Below are positions 1-11,570 of a stretch of DNA of 64,000 nucleotides, one piece after another (the first letter of the stretch is position 1; each line of letters begins with the position of its first letter). This DNA comes from Lepidodermella squamata. Taxonomy: Eukaryota; Animalia; Gastrotricha. The DNA is taken from assembly GCA_047495785.1 (NCBI GenBank), contig JBLDXI010000031.1, positions 558,001 to 622,000 on the forward strand, given 5' to 3'. The notes beneath the pieces were generated by a model. It searched no databases and was not told the DNA's origin. It was given only the letters and a program-made list of their open reading frames with translations. Made by a program: the position numbers and the translations under genes.

Positions 1-292
1 ATATGGACCCGGAATTGAGTGGCTGAGTCTACGTTGAGTAAATAAAAAATCGATCAATTGCGTATGCCCATTTAATTATTCTTAGACAGCCTGATTTCGA
101 TCGACAACCCCGAGAGAGAAGCGGAAGAATGCAACCTCACCTCTCATGAACTTTACACCGATTATCAGTTCGCTTTTTCCTGTCTTTAATTGCGGATGTT
201 AAAGGTGAAATAAAACTGGGTCTTTCCTGTTATTAAATCGTCTAATCGATGTTCATACATTGGGGATTCGAAGATTCAAAACAGTCGAAATT

Positions 293-1850
293 CTGATACT
301 GATACTGATACTGTTTTATTTTGCAATTTGTCTTTCGACATTTAGCAATTAGGAATTAACAAAACGTTAAGTTATGGCGCCTCACCACAGAAATTGTGAA
401 TTTTTCCAAGTCAGTGCATTTAAGATATTTCAAGAATGAAGAATACGAATTATTAACGACGGAAGATGGTAGCCGGTTCCAAGCTGGACGCACTCGCCTC
501 ACAAATGAAAACTGAGAGCTGGCATGACTGTAGCTTTCCATCGTAACAGAATGATGCGGTAAGCGTGGATTAGTGGAAATATTAAAGAAGTCAGAGAAAT
601 TTAAGTCCACAGCACGCTGGTACATTTTATGACATAACGCAAGATCGTGTTGGTAGCGTCTTAATTCGAGTGAACACAACCCAAGCTTTTTTAGTCGTTC
701 TTCATAGGAGGAGCCTTCGATCGATGAGTAGTAGATACTACGATATAGCAAACGTTTTGTGAAGCGGATTTGAATCGATTCGACCTTTTCAATATCTGTT
801 ATTAGGTAAGGTGAGTAAACAGACGGGCAAAAGTCAAGACGAGATAAAGTATACGTTTTATAGGCTTTGAGACGTAAGGATTTAGAGGCGAACGATTTAC
901 AAATAACACCGTTAATTCTGTGACATTTAGTTGCCAATGCGTTACAGTGCTCAGAGAAGGTGAGATTTTTATCAATAATTATTCCGAGGTCTTTCACTGA
1001 GTCCACAACATCAAGCTCGACATCTTTAATTTTGAATTTGAACATAAATTTGTTTTGCCCGAGTATAAGCACGACGCATTTTTTCGAATTCACAGACAGG
1101 CCGTTAGCGTCAAACCAGTTGATGATTTCATCCAAGTCTTTCTGCAGTTCGATGCAATCGCTTAAAGAACGGATCGCCCGGTATAGCTTCGTATCGTCGG
1201 CGAAGAATTTTGCAATCGATCTCTCGACCAACACATTTACTTCTGTCGTGAAAATCAAGAACAGCAGCGGCCCTAGAACAGAGCCCTGAGGTACTCCAGA
1301 AGTGACCGCCGACCATGATGACACACTGTTATTCACTGCTACCCTGAAAAATCGGTCGCTCAAGAAAGCCTTTATCCAGGCGTGCAGGTTTCCACAAATA
1401 TTGATATCTGAGAGCTTGGATAGTAACAAAGAGATCGGCACAACATCGAAGGCTTTTGACAGGTCAAGGTATATAACAATTATATCAATGAGTTGATCTA
1501 ATAGTTTCAGCCAATCAGTAATACATGACAACAACTGCGTCTCACAATTTCTTCGAGATAGAAACCCAAATTGATTTTCAGAGATCAGGTTGTTTCTATA
1601 TAGGTACAGTAGCACATGATTCTTCACAATGGTTTCTTGGATTTTGCAAATTATGCATGTGAGACTCACAGGCCGATAATTGCCAACATTGGAGGCATCA
1701 CCGTTACGTTTGAAGATAGGTGCGACATTCGCATATTTCCACACCACGGGAATCTCACCTTGCGCAAAAGAAATGTTGAAAATCATTGCTAGCGGTGTAC
1801 ACAGTGAGCGGGAGAGCTTTTTAATGAGCACAGCTGGAATCGCAATCTGG
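293..1850 (-). mobile_element. 5'-truncated non-LTR retrotransposon (CR1/L2-type), RT plus C-terminal region
   Basis: ORF 356-1831 has NYRPVSLT, QFGF, YLDLSKAFD, GVPQGSVLGPLLF, FADDTKLY and YEERLKKLGL. On the minus strand the 3' end is AATAAA followed by a (CAGTAT)n tail at about 293-320. No endonuclease domain or ORF1 present; 5' boundary approximate. Confidence 0.9.
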
Positions 1851-2040
1851 TGGGCGAAGCGAACGTTGCGGCCTGGTGAATCAACTTAAGAGACAGGACG
1901 TTATAACTATACGAGAATCTTCTTCATGCTATGTTATAAAAAAAATTTCATGGATGATAATGTTTTATTGGACGTGATATTTCACACCTGGCGCAAAGGT
2001 TGTAGTCTTTTGTTGCATTATGAGAAATTTCACTTTGACA

Positions 2041-2782
2041 ATGGCTCGGATAGTTTTTTACTTATTTCTTGCTATTGCTGGTTATGCAAATGCTCTGCGT
2101 TGCCACAACACAACTACAAGGCCTAATACTTCTGAGCTTATGATGCAGATAATGCGAGGATCTACACCTGTTGAACCTGGTAGCGAAGATTCTGGCGGAG
2201 GCCTTCCGCCCGCTGACAGCCCGTTAGTCGGACCGTGCCGAAGTTGCATGGTAAAATTCTGACTATTCCCAATTTTTCATGAATTCTATCGAATTTCAGC
2301 GAAACCATGTTCGTAAATACATCTATGTGTCGCCCAGCGTGCCAGCATTAAGTGTTCGGTTTACTTACTGGTCCTGCGAACAACGCCGAACAAACGCCTT
2401 CGCCGTCCTATCCGAATCGGTCCTCGGCGCTATTGATGCGCAAATGAATGAGTATTCGAGGAGTTTCTATTCGCAATCAGGTAATTCAGACTCAACTACT
2501 ACCACAGCTCCTGCGAATGAAACCTGCAACGAAATGTCAGTCACGACGAAGCGAAAAGTTAGCGATGTTCACAAGTTGTGTATCTGCTGCACTGATGGCT
2601 GTAGTGCGAAACCGTACTGTGGGCTGTCTTTCGGGTCCACTTCTTCCGCTTCACCCAACAGGACTGTAACTAATGAAACGAGCTCTTCGCCATCTGCATC
2701 GGGGGTGAAAGGAAAATGCGCGCAAATGCGGAAAAATGTCGACGATGTTTGCACCTATGTTGAAAATTCCGCATCGGACTAA
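2041..2782 (+). CDS. Secreted Ly6/quiver-like three-finger protein, copy 1 (exons 2041-2250, 2300-2782)
   Basis: Signal peptide MARIVFYLFLAIAGYANA, then LRC; 49-nt phase-0 GT-AG intron; 12 Cys including CICCTDGCS, resembling the quiver/LU CxCxxDxCN end motif; S/T-rich tail; no GPI signal. The fold assignment is inference. Confidence 0.7.
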
Positions 2783-2805
2783 ATGAAATGAATTGTTAAT
2801 TAGGT

Positions 2806-3535
2806 TTATTGAATTACTGTAATTTCACATAAAGCCGGCAGCAAATTGCAAGGGAATTGAATTTGTTCGGTGTTTTCAGTTTTCGGATCCGAAGTTATCA
2901 AGCCTACGCAATTTTCTTCATATCGACCATTCTGGGGATTTTTTGCTAACATCGGCCATCTATTTGGGAATCTAGCGTAAAATTCAGCATCATCGCTAGG
3001 CTCTCCGACGTCCCAGAAGCTAGCATTCTCCAGAGATTTGTTGTCAAGCCATGTAAAATTCTGGCTCGAATCATTTCTAGACAGTCCGATCCAGCTTAGG
3101 CTGAGGCGATGCTCGTCATTGAGCCAGAGATGGCGACGTACCCATAGGGCTTCCAAATTACAAATTACCCTTCAAATCCTGAAAACTGCAGCAGAGTTTG
3201 GTTTAGCTAAGCTTGCATTGATAGGTCCCCGTTTGCAAGAGTAGAAAGCTTCGTGCCACGTCAGGTTGTGCCCAACGTCGTGCCACGTCAGAGAGTCTAA
3301 GTTTTTGAATATAAATAATCTAAATCCTAAATCGGACATAGATAGATTGACAGCTGAAGTTGAGCATGTTTTTGGTGTAATACGATTTCAGCATACAACG
3401 GATTTTGTCCAGATTTTTTCTCAATATTGCATTGCGAACTTGCGATTCGTCTTCAGGGCAGGAATTGGATGTTGCTTTACGCTTGAATTTGAATGGCTTT
3501 TGTTTTTCAAATTTCGGTTTGCTATTTTTGGTCAC
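2806..3535 (-). pseudogene. C-type lectin pseudogene, copy 1
   Basis: Homologous to the last exon of the 15310-16878 gene. Frame broken into several ORFs, small deletions (LND and PMM missing), local duplication gtgccacgtca, and 5' part replaced by foreign sequence from 3536. Confidence 0.85.
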
Positions 3536-3599
3536 CCTAAACTCTATTTTTGCCCTATGTTACTCAGGATAAATAACCCCCGATTATTCTAAATAGTTT

Positions 3600-6500
3600 T
3601 CTGGTATTTAGCGATTCGAAATTGTTCTAATTTTTATTCTCAATAATCGGCCGTGCTAAATGCCAAGTGCTAAATAGCGAACTTTTTAACAGTATAATTT
3701 GATAGACATTTTCGGATAAAAAATTCCTAAGCAGGGAGTAAAAGATTTGCTAATTAAATTATTACCGAACGTCGATAATGGTACGGGATCGTATAGGAAT
3801 TTTCGAGGTTTCGTCGCCATTTAATTTCACCGGCTTTAATCGCTAGCTGATCGACTTCAAGTTCCGATGGAGAGCGTGATGACTGCTTCCGCTGGTGATC
3901 AGTCAGCCTTTTGATGCGGGTTCAAACAGGAAACTAAAAATAGGTAGCTTCAATAAATTAAGGTGGATTAAAAACTTGACGTTATCACTAAATACAAGCA
4001 AAAAGTAGGACATTACCTGGAACTGCCTTGAAAAGTTGAACCTCAAGTGATTTCACAAATTATTTCTGGCTGAAGTTTATTTAGTAACTAGAAATCAATT
4101 AAGAAGAGCTATAGAACTGGAAATCAATAAACAAATAAAACTAAAAGAAAGACTTCAGTGCCATTAACCCTAAGAGATGAAGTTTCAAGTCTGAGCCTTC
4201 CCGACCGAATTTTCACGAAATAAAAGCTACGAGCAATGGTTTCAGAATTGAAGATATCGAAGTTAAAAGCTCTGTTCGTCGAAATAATCAAATTCTGAAC
4301 AAGTCATCGATGAGTCCGAGGCAAAGGTTCTCGACCAAAAATTCTTAAAAATGCTGTAGGTTCATGAATTAAAATGGCAAATTGCAGTTAGTTCGGTCGA
4401 TTAAAATTGGATAAGCTGAAAATACCAGACAAATCGACAAATCAGTCTATTGAATTCATTAAAATTAGTTTATCGACTTGGCACAAACAAATCGCTATCG
4501 CTTGAGATCGATGCATGTGAAATTAATATCCCAGAACGTGGGTGAGTTATTGACTGAATCAGAGTATCTTTGCTTGCGTGGCTGGATCGAGCCGATTAGA
4601 TCTTATTTACACGAACCTCGCCTGCTCTAAGGGGGGTATGTTGGAATCTAGCTTAAACTTTCCGTATCTTTTCCTAAGTTAGGCTAAAACTTGAGCCGAG
4701 ATCTTTCTAAAACTCCAATTACTCCGGGACACTTTTCTAGTGTTGTCCTATATAATTTCTAAAACCAATTGTTAAATCGTCCCTTTTTAATTTTCAATAT
4801 GTGTCATCTGCAAGAAGCAAGTGAGATTATAGAATGTTATGGAACGATTGAGTTTTTCAGCAGCATTCTTCCGCGGTGTCAATATGAAAAAATAACTAGG
4901 TAGATGGTAGATAAAGAAGTTGATAGGATTTCACGGCTATCCAGTTGGCTATATTTATTATTATTATTGTTATTAAATGATTCAGGAATTATACACGTTT
5001 AGAATCTCGACGGCCTACCGGAGGCAAGGCTGGACGATCAGGACCGAGGACTATTTTCTTTGTTAATTAGCTAGCCTTGAATTTTGAGGAAAAAAATTTC
5101 CGCCAACGATGAGACGACTGAATTATAATGGCTTCTCGCAAACACCGCCGAGGAGCCATGTCAACGAGGCAACGAGGCATTAATTATTAGAACATGAATC
5201 GCCATGCTTGAATTTGAAATAATTTTAAAATCATTTCATCAGTAGATATGCCCTGGAAAAAAGGGACAACCCATAGTTACGAAACAGTGAGACGAGGCGG
5301 CCGCGTTGCTGCACCATGCCAATTCAGGTCGTCATTTCTAGTTCTCGCGAGAAGTATTTTTCAACTATCATGCGAATTGGCAAAAGTTCTCTCTGAATTT
5401 GCCATTGAGCTGGGGAGAATTCATGGCTACCTAGCTATTATTGTTCAGGTGAATTAAGCTTCTTTTGAATTGTGAATTTTTTTGCATTATTCTTCTCAAA
5501 AAATGTAGTTGGGCATGAATGGCCTAAAATTCATGAAATCTGCAGCTGATCAGAAGCTAGTCTATTTTTGTGCCTCGAAGACGTACGTAATCAGTATAAT
5601 CGTAATCGGTTAGATATTAGTGAATACCGGTGCATCATGGCGAAATCCAGCGCTTCAGGAATTCGGTCAACTGGGCTGAAAACCCAATGAAAACCCACCT
5701 GATACCTTCCATTATGATTACGAAATATTATTTATGTCTCTAAAATTCTTAACCTCATTTCTTACTTCAGCTCGAATGACCTGAGCGTAACAAAATAAAC
5801 TGGGGCAATTTAATTTGATTTATAAATTGGCGTACAGGGCGGATTGGGGACAATAATATATAACAATTCAATGCCTGAAATAATAATTTTTCAGCGGTCC
5901 TGAGCGGGGAAAAATTAGTTCGCCAATTATATTGAAATATTGTAACATTGGATAATAACTATTTTGCGATAAATTCAACGCAGAAAACGTTTATCATTGA
6001 CCGATCGCAAACGAAATAGTCGGGACCGTCGAGAAATATGGCGAGTAATATTACAGCCGAAAATGTAGATTTTTTACTGATAATATTGGAATGAAAATAT
6101 TATAACGCACTTTCAACTTTTCGAAATTTTGAATTCCGCGCCATCGAGCAATGGCGCTTTAAGACGCGCCATCCGCCGGTTGGGCCGTAATACCCGTTTT
6201 TTATAAACCTCCTCGTACATGGTTTGAAAAATTCTGAGTTTAAACCAGGTTTAGCGGTTTTTAAATCCTCTAAAACCTGCAACTTTTCTCTCATTTGTAA
6301 ATAGGTTTTATAATCGAACATAGGAATTTTCTTCTATTGCTCCATTTTATATACGCGAACAATGGCGAGTCCCAATACGCAACAATGGTTGCTTTGGAAA
6401 TGAGAGGAAAACTTAAACCTTAAACCTTAATCCAACATAAGGAAGGTTCCAACATACGCCCCTAAGTGGCTAAATCTGCGATGAGTAATTAAATGTGTTG

Positions 6501-6686
6501 AATAATGACGATGACTTGTCTGAGCCTGAACCCAGGGGCGATCGAAGAGCCTAGATCGATAGGCATAGTCGCAGTTAAAATGACTCGTCTGTTTTAATGG
6601 CCACCTCGGCCTAGATGTGAGCGAATGGTTGACAGATCGTTATTCGCTCATGCCGTTATTTCTGGGTCTACTGATTTCCGACTGGG
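3600..6686 (-). mobile_element. Diverged, truncated copy of the CCCAG-ended CACTA-like element seen at 23518-26023, with a nested Harbinger insertion
   Basis: Terminus ...gtctactgatttccgactggg at 6686. 3895-3975 matches the reverse complement of about 24570-24640; 4612-4627 plus 6463-6500 matches the reverse complement of about 23740-23790. Left boundary approximate. Confidence 0.7.
4631..6462. mobile_element. Non-autonomous PIF/Harbinger-type DNA transposon
   Basis: TIRs ggggggtatgttggaa / ttccaacatacgcccc; TAA duplicated on both sides (4628-4630, 6463-6465); homologous empty site near 23770. Confidence 0.85.
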
Positions 6687-7073
6687 TTTAGGTCAGTTTT
6701 TGGGGAGCAGCCGATGCGAGTTGTTGGCTACCTCGCGGTAGGCCGCCTGCTCGTTGGGTCGACAGCTTAAAAAGAAGCATACCGTCGTTTACGAATTATT
6801 AGGCAGGACCTAAACCTAAATACAGGGCTGGGCGCCGGATGATTGAAGTTGGCAAGTGGTTGAAGCTGGATAGGTTGCGATTTTTCGTCAGTAAGTTCGC
6901 TAATCGTCCATTAGCCGCCTTAATCCACATGAGGAAATGTTTCATGCGTGTAGTAACAGGTAAGGCAGTAGCTATAGTGGTTATTCGGCGTATTTAACTG
7001 TTGATCTAGGTACTTTTCAGGTGACTGATTAGGTTCGATAAATTAAAGGGCAGACAGGGCACGACTTGAACCT

Positions 7074-7939
7074 CACAGGAAAAAAAAAGGCATGAATTCA
7101 GTTTTCAAAGGCATGAATCTCAGCACGCGACATGAATTTGGGGAAAAAAATCGAGCCCTAACTTGGGGGCATGAAATACAAGGATTTTTGAGACCCTAAT
7201 TCACGCTTTTTTATGAACGCTTGTAAATCACGTGCTTGATTTTCATGCCTTTCAAAGCGCATTATATTTCAATTGAAATAACACACTGCATTGATATTTA
7301 TTCTTCAGTTACTGAACTTTTCGGGCTACAATAAGCATCGAGACGAGGTATCCACCCAATTTCGATCAAGTTTAATATCTCATAGCATTGGATCGAGCAG
7401 AAAACACTTCACGATGATCAAAATGATATCAATTATCGTTAATTTGACAGAGTCGAGTGATCCTAAATAACCCAGATTGCATCTTAGTTACAGTTCAGAT
7501 TGGAATTGAGCATTTCGTTCCTAAACAAGCCGCGGTGCATCGGCCCAAATGCTAGTTTTTCGGCGCTGAAAATTTTTCAGTTAAAAAAAGTACAAGTCCA
7601 ACAGAGAAATGGGAAGATTAGGCGATGTGAGCATTAGTTTTCATCTAAGCATTGGTAGTAAAGTGGTAAGAATCCTCGCCTGTAACTGTAGAGACTAGGG
7701 TTCGAATCCCCGCCAATGCGTCATTTTTCTGCTCTTTATTTTTTACCTCATTTAAATATGCACACATCTAAAAATGTAAAACCCATGAATTCGGGGGTTG
7801 TAAAAAAACGTTCATGCGCTTAATGCCTTTTCAAAAAAAGCATGAAAAAGGATACGCATAGGGCCCGAATTACAAGGATCGCGTGTGAGTTCGCTAATGT
7901 TAGCAAAAAGCCTGAATTCATGCCTTTTTTTTTCCTGTG
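7074..7939. mobile_element. CACTA/EnSpm-type MITE
   Basis: TIRs cacaggaaaaaaaaa..gcatgaattcag / ctgaattcatgcc..ttttttcctgtg; 2-bp TSD CT; many subterminal gcatgaa/ttcatgc motifs. Confidence 0.85.
7649..7720 (+). pseudogene. tRNA-Gly-derived pseudo-tRNA inside the MITE
   Basis: GCATTGG...CCAATGC acceptor stem, A-box-like TAGTAAAGTGG, B-box GGTTCGAATCC, T-run just downstream. Anticodon arm mispaired; loop reads CTGTAAC. Confidence 0.65.
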
Positions 7940-8051
7940 CTCGTTTGAAACAAATACAGGGCAGGGTCTTATAAGTCGTAAAATACGGTATATGAATTTA
8001 GATTGAATTTGAACGCCTATTGCGATTAGCAGTAAAAATCTGCAATTTGGC

Positions 8052-8198
8052 CAGAGAGCGAAGTACCGCTAGGGATTGTAGGGATCATCCCTACCAGTTC
8101 CATCTGTCCGTGCGGTGAGCTCATTCACATACCAAAGGGGGACCCTTATGTCGATTTTTCTAGTCCCTAACAGTTCCGCGGTCGTACTTCGCTCTATG
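8052..8198. mobile_element. Small hAT-like MITE
   Basis: TIR cagagagcgaagtac / gtacttcgctctatg; flanks aatttggc / aattttgt (6 of 8 match). Confidence 0.55.
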
Positions 8199-8649
8199 AA
8201 TTTTGTTCAACCCGATCAGGTCTGGTCAGTCCGGTCAATAGCTGACCAGCCAACCTTTGCTTGCTGGGAATCATAAGTAAAAACTGCGGAAAGCTATAAT
8301 GAGTCTCCGGTATCCGGTATTCGAAATTCAAATTGCCCGGTAGCGCACACGAGGAGTGTCCGCGTTACTGCTTATTGTTACTATTCTGATCAGCAAATTT
8401 ATTGGTCACACATAAAAAAGAAAGTTGCAAAATCCATTCTGAAGCTCTTCCCCAACGCTTGGGGGAGGAGCCGACGAGTTTTCATTGTTTGCCCGATAGT
8501 GCATTTTTTTGAAACCGTAATCCTCCTGCTGATAGGTATCGATTTTGGGATGTATCGATAAAATCCCTTTAAAATTCGACTAAAATCGACAAATCCTTCA
8601 CAACAAAAAGGTTCACCCCGCCTCATTTTACAAGGGCTATCGAATGACA

Positions 8650-9230
8650 CCTTATTTAAGGTCGTGCGAGAAACTTCACAAGTGCAAATAGGAGAAATAT
8701 GGGCGTTTATTAACATGTTCCAGGATGAAGATTATTGGCGTGTAGGGATGATCATTCGGTTTAAACCTTCGGTCGCGCCACTCATCTAGAGCGGCTCTTA
8801 GGCCATTCGCTTGGACTTTGAACAGCCTGTCTCTCGAAGATATCGGCATGCAATACCATGCGGGTGCAATGTACGCCATCACACTTTCCGATAATGCTTT
8901 GTGGAAAGTTGCACCCAACTTTTACGGGAGAACACGACGAATTTCCTCTCATTTTTTAGGGTCAATTGATCGCCAGCGTTTGCACCACGCGATGGTGTTG
9001 TCGAGCTGCAATTGTAGTCGACGGGTGCAGCCTTGCAAGAAAGATTGAGATTAACTTCATTGCGCAACACATTTTGAGTGTTAAGTTAGGCTACAAGGAC
9101 ATAATTCGCCTATTGGTGTTGGAAAATTGCCATACTGAAGTTGTGAAGCTCTTAGCTGGGAATTTGAAGGCTCATGTGAATGCTGAACGACAAGGGTGGG
9201 ATTACTCCGTTTATGTTAGCCGCCGCAAGC
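8650..9230 (-). mobile_element. Decayed Jockey/I-like LINE RT fragment
   Basis: Frameshifted pieces GVIPPLSFSIHMS, RRLQLQLDNTIAWCKRWRSIDPKK and SESVMAYIAPAWY...KVQANGLRAAL match late RT and post-RT LINE motifs. Confidence 0.6.
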
Positions 9231-9579
9231 ACATTGTAGCTATTTTCTGAATACCTTCAGCGCAGAGATCAAACTGGCGTAGTAGGACCGTAGAACTGAT
9301 AGGGATAACAAAAATCGCATCCCCTTTGGACTTCGAATAAACCAGCCGTTCGGACCGATGGGACTGGTGGGGATAATCCCTAAAATTCTTGAGAAATGCC
9401 TGAAGGATCAATTTCAGGAGACAGGACGCAATAAACCGAGATTATTTGATTATTCATTTTGCGCTGTAATAAAACTTGATTTTTTTCACGGGTAATAATT
9501 TTTATTGGAGGTGAAATTTCACAGCTAGATAGCAGAGGTTGTAGTCTTCTCTTTCAGCTTGAGAAATTTCACTTTAACA

Positions 9580-10322
9580 ATGGCTCGGATAATTTTTTAC
9601 CTATTTCTTGCTATCGCTGGTCATGCAAATGCTCTGCGTTGCCACAATACAACTACAGAGCCTAACAGTTCTGAGCTTATGATGCAGATAATGCGAGGAT
9701 CTACACCTGTTGAACCTGGTAGCGAAGATTCTGGCGGAGGCCTTCCGCCCGCTGACAGCCCATTAGTCGGACCTTGCCTATATTGCATGGTAAAATTGTG
9801 AATATTCTCCATTTTTTCCTGAATTCTTTCGGATTTCAGCGAAACCATGTTCGCAAATACCGTATTCTGTCGCCCGCCGCGCCGGCAATCAGTTATCGAA
9901 TGACTTTCTGGTCCTGCGAACAAGGCCGATTAAACAAATACGCAGTAATTTCTCAATCGTTCCTTGGCCTCATAGATCACTCATTTGATAAGGCTGCAAA
10001 TAATTTCTGGTCACAATCAGGTAGTTCGGACTCAACTACAACCTCGGCTTCTGCGTATGAAACATGCAACGAAATGTCAGTCACGACGAAGCAAACAGTT
10101 AGCGATGTCCACCAAATGTGTATGTGCTGCACTGATGGCTGCAGTGCGAAGCCGTACTGTGGGCTGTCTATCGGGTCCACTTCTTCCGCTTCACCCAGCA
10201 CGACTGCAAGTAATGAAATCAGCACTTTGCCACCTGCATCAGGGATTAAAGGAGAATGTGCGCAAATGCGGAAAAATGTCGACGATGTTTGCACCTATGT
10301 TGAAAATTCCGCATCGGACTAA
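9580..10322 (+). CDS. Secreted Ly6/quiver-like three-finger protein, copy 2 (exons 9580-9789, 9840-10322)
   Basis: Same architecture and Cys pattern as copy 1; 50-nt GT-AG intron. Confidence 0.7.
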
Positions 10323-10346
10323 ATGAAATATATTGTAAATAAGGTT

Positions 10347-10447
10347 TATTGAAACACTGTCATTTCACATAAAGCCGGCATTTTTCTAACCATATAAAGC
10401 CTGCAGCAAACTGCAAGGGAAATCATTCAATTGAATTTGTTCGGTGT
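10347..10447 (-). pseudogene. 3'-terminal remnant of the C-type lectin gene, copy 2
   Basis: Matches 15310-15390 (..QLNDFPC..ALCE) with a small insertion, then breaks off. Confidence 0.7.
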
Positions 10448-10499
10448 GAAGCAAACTGTAAACCATGGCGAGGATGGACGATGGACGATCATAGGAGGA

Positions 10500-11570
10500 C
10501 GAGTGGCGTCGCAAAGCGTCGCAAAGTAGACGTGTATTTTTTCATTTTTTCTTATTATTACCCATTAATACATCAATTTTAACTTTGCGACGCTATGACA
10601 AAACGCAACAAAAAAATAACTGAAAAGTAAGAATGAATCCAGGTAAGCTTTTTCAAAAGTGGCATATCAAAATCAATCTCATCAGTTTCGAATCAATCGT
10701 TTTTCGACTATAATTCGGGTCAGTTAGTGCGATGGATGATTCTGCTTCACATTCGCTTCAACCACAGATTTTGTAATTCGGCGGATCAGACATAGCACAG
10801 CGCAAGCAAGCGTCGAGTAATTCGTGAGTCATTTTCGCTCGGTGAGGTGATTTGATAAATTTGAGAGCAGAGAAATTCGCCTCGCAATCGTAAGTTGTGA
10901 CGAAATAAGTAGACAGCTTCGCGAAAGCATCTCGTAAAAAGCTGGGTGGCGCTTGTCGGCAACTTCTTTCAAAGACGCGATACGTCAGGAAGTAGTTGTT
11001 GAGCAGCTCTCATTTTGATTAAATCGCTTTTTAAACCAGCTTTGGGGATGCGAAGGCACGTAGATAGTTCTGTTATATCAGCATCGCTGAGACAGAGAGG
11101 GCCTGTCATGAATCGACAATAGAGTCGCAGCCTCAGGAAATCCGGGGTGCCATAGCGTCGGTCAAACTCAGCCTTGACAGCTTCGAGACACACAACAAAG
11201 TCGTCCCTGGCCGCAGAAGCTGATGTAGCGCTACACTCATTGACTGTCGGAAAATGGGACCAATCAATCGAATCTTCTTCCAAGCTGTCGATCAGCAAAT
11301 TGAGCTTGAGTCTGAACTAGGAGATGGCAGTGACCAAATCGATCAACGTGTTATCCTTGCCTTGCAAAGCCGTGTTGAGCTCGTTGTAATACCGAGTGAC
11401 ATCTCGAAGGAAAGCGACTTTACACAGCCAATCTTCATCGTCAACTCGGGGGTATTCTGGAAAACTGGAAACGGACAAAAATGGGCCGGCGTGCCTCAAG
11501 TCGCACGCATTCCCCGTCGGCCCTTCAAAATGCCCCAAGTCGCACGCGTGCCCCAGTTTGAGAACCCCTG
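10500..11570 (-). mobile_element. Internally deleted hAT (Buster/SPIN/Charlie-like) transposon remnant
   Basis: Terminus caggggttctcaaact at 11570; DWLCKVAFLRDVTRYYNELNTALQG; dimerisation-like TTYDCEANFSALKFIKSPHRAKM at about 10820-10920; stops present; other terminus not found. Confidence 0.8.

Noticed and set aside
7649-7720. Functional tRNA-Tyr(GTA)
   Set aside because: Gly-type body, unpaired anticodon stem, located inside a MITE.
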